64,000 nt of DNA from an uncultured Gammaproteobacteria bacterium (GTDB taxonomy: Bacteria > Patescibacteriota > Patescibacteriia > Magasanikbacterales > UBA922), in the NCBI GenBank assembly GCA_964519725.1, contig CAZFKS010000006.1, positions 355 through 64,354 on the forward strand. Reading direction: 5' to 3'. The notes beneath the pieces were generated by a model. The model was not told the DNA's origin. It saw nothing but the letters and a program-made list of their open reading frames with translations, and did not search any database. Position numbers and translations under genes: made by a program. The stretch's first letter is position 1. The number at the start of each line of letters is the position of its first letter. Below, one piece after another: positions 8,241-16,100 of the stretch.

Positions 8241-8301
8241 AAAAACCCCTTGGAAAAGAGGTTTTTAGATGACGCACACCAACTTGGAAATTGATGTTAC
8301 T
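8241..8301 (-). ncRNA. Putative ~60-nt small RNA (sRNA2)
   Basis: Lies between the promoter at 8308-8336 and the terminator AAAAACCTCTT/AAGGGGTTTTT (8241-8266). Internal hairpin 8276-8297; no ORF. Confidence 0.45.
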
Positions 8302-8307
8302 AAGACT

Positions 8308-8336
8308 AGTCTACTATAAAATTTTGATTTTGTCAA
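8308..8336 (-). promoter_or_regulatory. sigma70 promoter
   Basis: TTGACA-17-TAGACT. Confidence 0.7.
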
Positions 8337-8338
8337 TT

Positions 8339-8366
8339 AAAAAATTCTTTTCACAAAGAATTTTTT
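8339..8366 (-). terminator. Terminator after the tRNA
   Basis: AAAAAATTCTTT-GTGA-AAAGAATTTTTT hairpin (GNRA loop) immediately after the encoded CCA. Confidence 0.7.
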
Positions 8367-8369
8367 AGG

Positions 8370-8444
8370 TGGTGGACCAGACGGGAATTGAACCCGCAAT
8401 TTCAGCTTTGCAGGAAGATGTTTTACCAGTTAAACTACTGGCCC
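8370..8444 (-). tRNA. Atypical tRNA: GCA (Cys) anticodon, Ala-type acceptor (G3.U70, A73), encoded CCA
   Basis: GGGCCAG-TA-GTTT-AACTGGTA-AAAC-A-TCTTC-CTGCAAA-GCTGA-AATT-GCGGG-TTCAATT-CCCGT-CTGGTCC-A-CCA. Two mismatches in the anticodon stem. Confidence 0.85.
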
Positions 8445-8479
8445 TTGGTCCACCGTATTTAACGTAACAAAAATATTTA

Positions 8480-8559
8480 CAAACAACAAAGCCTCTTAAA
8501 AAGAGGCCGTGTTGCGCAAAGTTTTAGTTTTTCCAGTAGTTCTGGAAACATCTTCCTAC
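8480..8559 (-). ncRNA. Putative ~80-nt small RNA or leader antisense to the 5' half of the downstream tRNA (sRNA1)
   Basis: Starts just after the promoter at 8565-8592 and ends in the hairpin GCCTCTT/AAGAGGC plus a U-rich tail. First 27 nt are complementary to tRNA nt 4-35 with two bulges. Confidence 0.6.
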
Positions 8560-8564
8560 TGCGA

Positions 8565-8592
8565 ATTATAAGGTATAAAAAACCTTTGTCAA
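8565..8592 (-). promoter_or_regulatory. Consensus sigma70 promoter
   Basis: TTGACA-16-TATAAT. Confidence 0.8.
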
Positions 8593-8609
8593 GTGTATAA
8601 TCCGGTGAA

Positions 8610-10466
8610 TTACTGCACGCGCACGCCTTTTTCTTGCGCAAAATCATCAGAGTTTAAACTCGCATCTAAATTGTAATTGCCGCTAGAAATTATTTCATTA
8701 ATAAAATTATCATGCGCACTAGCGTGAATGTTGGTGAGTAACAATGGAATAGTGCCGCGTTGCGCTTCGGTTGGTGTAATTGCTAACTCAACATTTATTT
8801 GTGCGCTTTCGTGCGCTGGCAAATCATTGGTTTGCCAGGTTAATGTGCGTGTACTTGCATTGTAAATTGGTTCGCGGCCACGACTAACATTACTTTTACC
8901 AGTAAAGGTAACGCCAGGTGCAAGTGTAGCCGACATTGAAACTGTGTCAGTTTCGCTTGTGCCGTTTTGCAAAGTTAAGAGCGCCCAGTATTTTGTTTCT
9001 TTGCCAACTTTTGGTGGCAGTGGACCACGACCAAGTTGGTCACCTTCCAGCGAGTAGTAATGTGCATCTGGAATTAAACGCAAACTAGTGCCAATTGGTA
9101 AGCCTGGCGTGGTGTAAGATTTTTCAAACAAAACAGGGCTGGCTTTAGTGCGAGCGCTCGTACGAATTGGGACATTTAAATTTAAATCAGTTTGGCCAGT
9201 TGGGAAATTAATAATTGGAATGGTGACGGAAACAACTTTACTTTGGCCTGGTAATAAAGTGGCGAGTTCAGAAATTTCTTTACTTGTAATCATGAGTGCA
9301 TTATTTTTTATCGGGTAGGGGTTATTGGCGCGCAGAGCTATGGCATTAATATTGCTTGGTAAACTAATATTTAGGGCCACGTCATTTAAGGTAATATCAC
9401 CAGTGTTAGCAACGGTAATGTTTAAAGCACTGCTTTGGCCTGGAGCTAATTTAGTTTTTTCCCAGCTACTTGAAATAGTAATATCTGGGCGCACCACTTT
9501 GGCCCGCATGGTGGCTGGGGTTTGGGAAATGTCAGTACTATTAATTGTTACAATTGGAGTGAAATCTAACAATAATTCCTTGGTCTCGGCAGGTAGATTG
9601 GTGGTGATGGCGACTGAACTAGTGGCGCTTTGGCCAGCCGTTAGGGCGGGTAATTGCCAAGTGTTGTTTTTAATTTCACCAGTGCTTGGGTTTTTGAATT
9701 GAATGGTGGTATGGTCTGGTGTGGTGACGCGAATTTCCGCAGCTGGAGAATTAGTGCGGTAAATATTTTTGACCACGAGTTGGCTATCAAAAGTACCTTG
9801 ACTGTAAATAGTGTCTGGTGCGGTAATAGTGGCCGTCAAAACCGAACCACGAGTAATACCAAGTAAAGAGGCGCCGCGGACTTCGTAATTGGTGTGACTT
9901 GGTTGGTGATAAACCAGCTCGGCTGCAAATTTAGTGTCAGTATTTGGGGCAGCAAAAAAGCGGCCGGTTAATTTAACTTCAGCGCCAGTTTTTGGGCGGG
10001 CAGTTTTCAGGGTGACTGAACCAGTGCTGGTCACATACGTGCCAGATTCAACCTGGGTTAATAAAAATCCTGGCGGCAAATTAAAATGTAAAACCGGATC
10101 AATCAGGTCAACCTGACTATTGTTTTGGTAGGCTGCAATAAGGATAATATCTTCACCACTCAGCACCCGACCAGCCTGATCTGGGTTTGGTTCAGTGGCG
10201 GCTACCTCTAACTTTAGGTCAACTAATTTGGTAATAGTTGGGTCATAAAAATACCAAAACGTCGCCAGGCCACCAATTACAAATATGGAAGCCAATAAAA
10301 GCATGTCAAAAATAAAGAGCTTGCGCGCGTGGGAGAATTTTAAGTGATATTTTTGTTGATAGTGCCATTCTAGAAAATGAATCGGGGAAAGAAGAAAAGC
10401 TAAAAACCACCGGTGTGGTTTGTGTAATAAGTGGTGGCGCGTAAGATGTTCACTAACAAATTTCAT
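8610..10466 (-). CDS. Membrane-anchored beta-sandwich (DUF11/Ig-like) surface protein
   Basis: His-rich N-terminus, one TM helix, Thr-rich beta modules (ITVANTGDITL, TLTWQTNDLPA) and a GPLPPKVG motif. Confidence 0.65.
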   Translation of the reverse strand: MKFVSEHLTRHHLLHKPHRWFLAFLLSPIHFLEWHYQQKYHLKFSHARKLFIFDMLLLASIFVIGGLATFWYFYDPTITKLVDLKLEVAATEPNPDQAGRVLSGEDIILIAAYQNNSQVDLIDPVLHFNLPPGFLLTQVESGTYVTSTGSVTLKTARPKTGAEVKLTGRFFAAPNTDTKFAAELVYHQPSHTNYEVRGASLLGITRGSVLTATITAPDTIYSQGTFDSQLVVKNIYRTNSPAAEIRVTTPDHTTIQFKNPSTGEIKNNTWQLPALTAGQSATSSVAITTNLPAETKELLLDFTPIVTINSTDISQTPATMRAKVVRPDITISSSWEKTKLAPGQSSALNITVANTGDITLNDVALNISLPSNINAIALRANNPYPIKNNALMITSKEISELATLLPGQSKVVSVTIPIINFPTGQTDLNLNVPIRTSARTKASPVLFEKSYTTPGLPIGTSLRLIPDAHYYSLEGDQLGRGPLPPKVGKETKYWALLTLQNGTSETDTVSMSATLAPGVTFTGKSNVSRGREPIYNASTRTLTWQTNDLPAHESAQINVELAITPTEAQRGTIPLLLTNIHASAHDNFINEIISSGNYNLDASLNSDDFAQEKGVRVQ

Positions 10467-10495
10467 GCGCCCAGTATACCATTATTTTAGTGGAG

Positions 10496-10526
10496 AAAAA
10501 AATAATCCCGACACGTCGGGATTATT
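10496..10526 (-). terminator. Terminator overlapping the HTH gene stop
   Basis: AATAATCCCGAC/GTCGGGATTATT inverted repeat followed by a T-run on the minus strand. Confidence 0.7.
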
Positions 10527-10854
10527 CTGGTTTAATGAGTTTTGAACTAGGGGAGTAGAGAGTGTTATTGATTTTCCATTGATCCACATATTGTCCGATC
10601 CCTTTTTGGTTAGATTTGTTTCTAACCGTGGTTTTGCGCTGTGACCACTTAACTAAGCTTTCAAAGTTAATTTTATACCGGCCAGCCACGACCACGTAGG
10701 TAATCTCGTGGTCTTTGATGGCCCGGCGAATAGTTTGGGGGTTAACCCCAAACAGGCGAGCCGCCTCTGAGATAGAGACTCGAATCACTTCTTTACCTTG
10801 GGCTAAAGCACTCTGGTCATTTTGGTTTATTTCGTTTGGAAGGTTTTGTTCCAT
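10522..10854 (-). CDS. Excisionase/MerR-like helix-turn-helix DNA-binding protein
   Basis: VSISEAARLFGVNPQTIRRAIK...GRYKI, an HTH_17-type pattern. Confidence 0.85.
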   Translation of the reverse strand: MEQNLPNEINQNDQSALAQGKEVIRVSISEAARLFGVNPQTIRRAIKDHEITYVVVAGRYKINFESLVKWSQRKTTVRNKSNQKGIGQYVDQWKINNTLYSPSSKLIKPE

Positions 10855-10879
10855 ATGAAATTATTTTTTGTATAAACAA

Positions 10880-10908
10880 ATATTAACAAATTTTAGGTTT
10901 TTTGTCAA
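10880..10908 (-). promoter_or_regulatory. sigma70 promoter for the HTH gene
   Basis: TTGACA-17-TAATAT with extended -10 TG. Confidence 0.65.
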
Positions 10909-11196
10909 GTTGGGGGTAAAAAGCAGGTTTCTAGCTAATTGGGAAAACATTCTATTTTTGTGTGCTATGATGTATACATTTATATTAAATAATAGTACAA
11001 TATTGTATACAAAACAATAAAACTAGCCCTCCTTGGATTAAGCCTAAGAAGCGGCCTAGCTCAGGTGGGGAGGTAGGCTCAGTAAACCCAACTTATCCTT
11101 ATATATGGCCTTATTTAAGTTGTTTTTTCTCCCTGGTTAGTGTATACTGTCCTTAATACAAAAAAGTGTGAAGTGAGGTTAAAGTGTTTCCTCAGG

Positions 11197-11222
11197 TGTA
11201 ACACTTTTTTATTCCCGCCGTC
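11197..11222 (+). promoter_or_regulatory. ECF sigma-type autoregulatory promoter
   Basis: TGTAAC-16-CGTC (AAC...CGT ECF consensus) ending 7 nt before the sigma factor ATG. Confidence 0.7.
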
Positions 11223-11229
11223 TTCTTAT

Positions 11230-11778
11230 ATGCCAGCGACCATAGCTGAAAAAAAACTGGTTTACCAGGTAATCAAAAATCGTGATCCACAGGCCTTTGC
11301 GGCTCTGTACGATTTGTACGTTGGTAAGATATACCGGTTTATCTTCTTTAAAGTTTCTAAAAAAGAAGACGCTGAAGATCTGACCAGTGATGTCTTTCTA
11401 AAGACCTGGCAGTATTTGGCAGAAAAAACTGACCGTGAAGTCAAAAGCTTTAGTGGTCTTATTTATCAAGTGGCACGCAATGTACTGGTTGATTGGTACC
11501 GACTCCGTGCGAGTCGTCCAGAAACCCCACTTGATCTGGCCCCTGAAATTAGTGTGGATGAAAAAGCCTTTGCAGCCCTTGATGTGAATCAGGCCGCCAG
11601 TGAAGTGCTCAAAGTTGTGCGCCAGTTAAAACAAGAGTACCAAGAAATTATTTTGCTCCGGTACATTGAAGAACTATCAATTAAAGAAATTAGCCATATT
11701 TTAAAAAAGTCACCAGTAAGCGTGCGAGTGACTTTGCACCGGGCCATTACGGTTTTAAAAAAAGCGCTTCATTTATGA
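11230..11778 (+). CDS. ECF RNA polymerase sigma factor
   Basis: AFAALYDLY, DAEDLTSDVFLKTW (region 2), LRYIEELSIKEISHILKKSPVSVRVTLHRA (region 4); ATG 11230 chosen. Confidence 0.95.
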   Translation: MPATIAEKKLVYQVIKNRDPQAFAALYDLYVGKIYRFIFFKVSKKEDAEDLTSDVFLKTWQYLAEKTDREVKSFSGLIYQVARNVLVDWYRLRASRPETPLDLAPEISVDEKAFAALDVNQAASEVLKVVRQLKQEYQEIILLRYIEELSIKEISHILKKSPVSVRVTLHRAITVLKKALHL

Positions 11779-13007
11779 ACGAGCTCAAGCACAATTTACG
11801 CGCTGTAAAGACCTTAGCTGAAGTTAACCCTGATGCTGAGTGGGTTAAGGCTGGCCGCAGTCGCTTGCTCTCTCAAATTAGTAATACGGTTATTCCAGTT
11901 GATAAGCCAGTTGTGGTAGATACTGCTCATGCCTTTTGGTTCCAATTTCAATCTAGTGCGGTCGTACGCACCTTACGCCCAGCTTTGACTGCGCTTGGGG
12001 TAGCGGCCCTGGCCACTGGTGGTTGGATTGCAAGTGTAAGTGCTTCAGTAAATAGTTTGCCTGGCGACCGGTTGTGGGTAGTTAAGCGCGCGGCGCAAAA
12101 CACTGAACTCGCGGTCCGAAGTTTGGGTGCTAGTGACTCAGAAAAAGTGCAATTACAATTAAATTTAGCGAAAAATCGGGCTGATGATATTAAAAAAGCC
12201 TTTAGTAAAAAATTAACCCCAGAAGCCAGTGCGACTGATCGGGAAAAAGCCGTAAAAGATCTGGCTGTTGCTGTAAAAGACGTACAAAATGTAGTTAAAG
12301 AAGTTTCAAGTAGTGTAAGTGATCAAGTTAAAGAAAATGGTAAAGATAAGCCGCTTGAGTCAGTGGAAACAGTTAAAGGTGTGGCCAAGGACACGACTGA
12401 AATTGCCAAGAGCTTGGCTTCAACCGTGGCCTCTTCAACTGCTGTGGGAGTTGATGTGACTAAACAAGTTTTGGAAACTGTTAAGGTGGTAAATCAAACT
12501 GGAATTAGCGCTGTTGAGGCCGTGATTCAGGGTCCGGCTGGCCTGGCTGAAACTGGCCAAGCTAATAATGTTAAGAATATTGTTTCCGAAAAAGTAGTTG
12601 ATCTGGTACAATCTACCGAAGCTTTAAAAATTGATCTCAGAAATTCGCTCGGAATTTCTGCACCAAGTACCACCGTTGAAACTAAACCGCTCATGCTTAC
12701 TGTACCAACAGCAACCGGAACAGTCGTCGTTACTTTGCCGCTGAACACTAGAACTAATTTGTTTGACAAAATGTTGCTAAATAGTCCAAGTAGTTCAGCT
12801 AGTATTATTAAAGACGCTGAACAAAAAACCGCTGATATTCACCAATCAGCCGTAGACATTAAAAAGAGTATTGATAATGGTAATTTGCAAGAAGCCGTGA
12901 ATAAGTTGAGAGATCTGAATGAAACAGCCGTGACCACGCAACAACAATTAATTGAAACAAAAACCAAAACCGTGGTTGAGGATAAAACTCCTGAACCAAT
13001 CAAATAA
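11775..13007 (+). CDS. Putative anti-sigma factor with DUF5667-like domain
   Basis: ATGA overlap with the sigma gene; TM helix followed by SLPGDRLWVVKRAAQN motif. Confidence 0.75.
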   Translation: MNELKHNLRAVKTLAEVNPDAEWVKAGRSRLLSQISNTVIPVDKPVVVDTAHAFWFQFQSSAVVRTLRPALTALGVAALATGGWIASVSASVNSLPGDRLWVVKRAAQNTELAVRSLGASDSEKVQLQLNLAKNRADDIKKAFSKKLTPEASATDREKAVKDLAVAVKDVQNVVKEVSSSVSDQVKENGKDKPLESVETVKGVAKDTTEIAKSLASTVASSTAVGVDVTKQVLETVKVVNQTGISAVEAVIQGPAGLAETGQANNVKNIVSEKVVDLVQSTEALKIDLRNSLGISAPSTTVETKPLMLTVPTATGTVVVTLPLNTRTNLFDKMLLNSPSSSASIIKDAEQKTADIHQSAVDIKKSIDNGNLQEAVNKLRDLNETAVTTQQQLIETKTKTVVEDKTPEPIK

Positions 13008-13016
13008 AGTTACACT

Positions 13017-13196
13017 CCGCTTACTGTCTGAGCCTCGCTAGATTTAGAAAAATCTGTCGAGGGCCATACAGTATGCGGCATCCGTAGGCAGAAAGGTCGA
13101 CCCGGTGAGGGCGCCATGCGGTTTTATTTACATGGATGTATTTGTAGACCCGTCCAATGGACGAGGCGCTACCAAATAGGTCCGAAAGATTAAATT
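13017..13196 (+). promoter_or_regulatory. Highly structured 5' leader of the S-layer-like gene
   Basis: Three adjacent stems: 13017-13078, 13079-13138 and 13139-13178. Confidence 0.5.
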
Positions 13197-16100
13197 ATGC
13201 AAAACTTGAAGAAATTCGGTAAGAAGCTCTTCACCATGTCAGTGGTTAGCATGACAGTTGCTTGGAGTGTAGGCCTTTCAGCCTTTGTTCCAGCTGCTGC
13301 TGTTGCCGCTGTATGTCCTGAGCTCGAAGCCGGAGACCTTTTCAAAGTTTCAGGTAACTCTGCCGTTTATTTGGTAAGTCCTGAAATGAAGCGTATGTAT
13401 TTCCCAAATGCGGAAGTATATAACTCTTGGTATAAAGATTTCAGTGGTATTACTACCATTGATTCATCATGTGTTGACGCTTACCCATCAGGTGGTGGTG
13501 TAAACTTCCGCCCAGGTTCATTCCTTGTTAAATCTGCTGTTTCTCCATCAGTATTTGCTGTTGGTCCAAACAACATGAAACACAAACTTGGTAGTGAAGC
13601 TGTAGCTTCTGCCCTCTATGGTTCAAACTGGGGCAAGCTCGTTCGCGTTCTCCCAGATGTATTTGACTCAAACTACAATGTTGGTGCTGAGCTTACAACA
13701 GCTATGCTCCACAATGGTCAGTTAGTTAAAAAGTCTGGTGATTCAACCGTTTACTTTGTAATGGATGGCAAGACTGTTAAAGTCGAAGGCTCACTCCCAT
13801 CACAAGTAGCTGGTGATGTTCGCACTGTATCAGAAGCAGTATTTAGTTCAGTTTCAATGGACTCAAACACTGTGACTGGTTCATCTGTAGTATCTAACCC
13901 TTCACAAAAGGGTGGTAGTATTGTTGTTCCTCCAGTAGGAAACGGCAAACTTAAGGTCAGTTTGGCAGCTAACACTCCAGCTGGTACTTATGCTTTGAAA
14001 AATGCTGCTCGTGTTCCATTCACTCGCGTAGTGGTTGAAAACACTGGTGCTACTGACGTTACTATTGATTCATTCAAAGTTGTTCGCGGTGGTTCACCAG
14101 CGCTCAACAGTGATTTTTCAACTGTTAACGTTGTAACCGAAGATGGCAGTCTCTTGAATGACACTGGTAAATCACTCAACTCAGACAACATGGCTACCTT
14201 TACGGAAGACGTGGTTGTTAAGGCTGGTTCTTCACGAACTTTGACCTTGGTTGGTGATATGGCCAACTTCTCATCAGGTGGTGCTGTTCCAACTCTTGGT
14301 CTTTACTCAGTAGAAGCTAATGCGACTGTAGATGGTTCATTACCAGTATATGGTAACCCTGTAACTACTAACGCTTCAGTAACTTTGAGTACTGCTACTG
14401 TTGCCGAAGGTTCAACTATTGGTACTGTTACCAAACAAGTTGGTTCAGCCAATGTTAACCTTGCCAACGTAAAAGTAACCGCTGGCACAGAAGACATGAA
14501 AGTAGAACGCATTGTTCTTAACAACAGTGGTTCACTTGCTGACACTGATGCTGAAAAATTTGTCTTGAAGTACAATGGTAACACTGTTGCCAATGGTACT
14601 CTTAAGAACAAATATCTTACTTTTGATCTCATGAACTGTGGTGATCTCTGTAAGATTGAAAAAGGTAACGACAAAACTTTTGAAGTTTACGGTGATTTGA
14701 CCTCTGGTTCAGGTCGCAGTATCAATCTTGATGTACAACGTGCTACTCACGTACTCGTTAAAGACCTCAAGAACAACTTCTACGTTACCCCAACTAACAA
14801 TGCCTCTTCAATGAGTAACACTGTTAGTGTTTCACAAGGTAAAATTGATGTTTCTAAGACCAATGATGTACAAGCTGGTAACATTCCAGAAAATGCTAGT
14901 GGTACAAAACTTGGTTCATGGAACTTCAAGGTAACCGGTGAACCTATCGACGTTCGCACTTTGGTGTTCAAGATTACCACTACTGGTAGTCTCTCACCTG
15001 ACGATGTTGACAGTCTCACTTTGTACAACAAAGATGGTAAAGCATTGATCGGTGCTGTAGACGGTGTTGGTTCAAGTGCAGCCTCAAACGGCTACGCTAC
15101 CAGTACTGATTCATTCACCCTTCAACCTGGTGATAACGTTCTTACTGTTAAAGGTAAGATCGACAGTTCAGCTACTGCTAACGACACTGTAGCAATCTCA
15201 GTTGACATGAGTAACTCAAGCAACTTTGATGCTCGTGGTGTAAACAGTAATGAAACTATCACTGTTGGTACTTACGCTACTCCAGCTTCTGTAGTAGCTG
15301 CCAACACTTTGACAATCAAAGGTTCAGCTCTTCGCGTAACTACTTTGTCTACTCCTCCTGCAACTACGTTTGCCGCTGGTACTAACGATGTAGTATTTGC
15401 TAAAGTGCTCCTTGATGCTTCTGATTCTTCAGAAGATGTTAAAGTAACCCAATTCAAAGTAACTGACGTAACTAACACTACTGCTAAAGCTATTGATGTT
15501 CAAAACATTCGTTTGTTTGTGGACAAAGATGGTGACAGCTTCAATGGTGCTGGTACTGCTACTGCTTTGACTGAAACTGTAAGTGGCTCAGACTCAACTG
15601 CTGGTAATGACGAAGTCTTTACCTTCAATTTTAGTGGCTCAGATCAATTTGTGATCAAAGCCGGTAAAAAAGTTGAAGTTACTGTAAAAGCCAACTTAGC
15701 TGGTTCAGCTGCTGCTGGTAGTCACACTCTTGGTGTGGCCACTGCTGACTATGTTTCTGCTACTGGCGTTACCACTGGTAACACTGTTGTTGAAACTATT
15801 GACTCAGCCGCTGGTCAAGCCATGTCTGTTGGTACTGCTGGTGGTACAGTTGAAGTTTCTCTTGATCCTTCAACTCAAGCCGCTAAGCAATATGCTGCTG
15901 GTACTAAAGGCGTAAGTCTTGCTACCTTCCGCTTTACTGTAACCTCAAGTGAAGATGTATCTCTTGATACTTTGAACTTGACTCAATTGGTTACTGATAC
16001 AGCTAGTACCTCATTCAAGGATTACGACATGGTGTACCTTTACACCACTGGTGGTACCTTGGTAGGTTCAGCTGTTCCAACCTCTTCTGGTAGTGTATTT

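Noticed and set aside
8403-8420. Reading the tRNA as ordinary tRNA-Ala(TGC)
   Set aside because: Centring TGC in a 7-nt loop leaves at most two stem pairs and puts C at position 33; the GCA register fits the cloverleaf spacing better.
5900-8444. tRNA-anchored integrative element carrying the GC-rich gene
   Set aside because: No integrase or transposase in the window, and no duplicated tRNA 3' end found by eye at the far boundary.
10522-10854. Excisionase as evidence of a prophage
   Set aside because: No phage or integrase genes nearby; better treated as a stand-alone HTH regulator.
13751-15915. Series of antisense ORFs within the S-layer-like gene
   Set aside because: By-product of strong codon bias in the sense gene.
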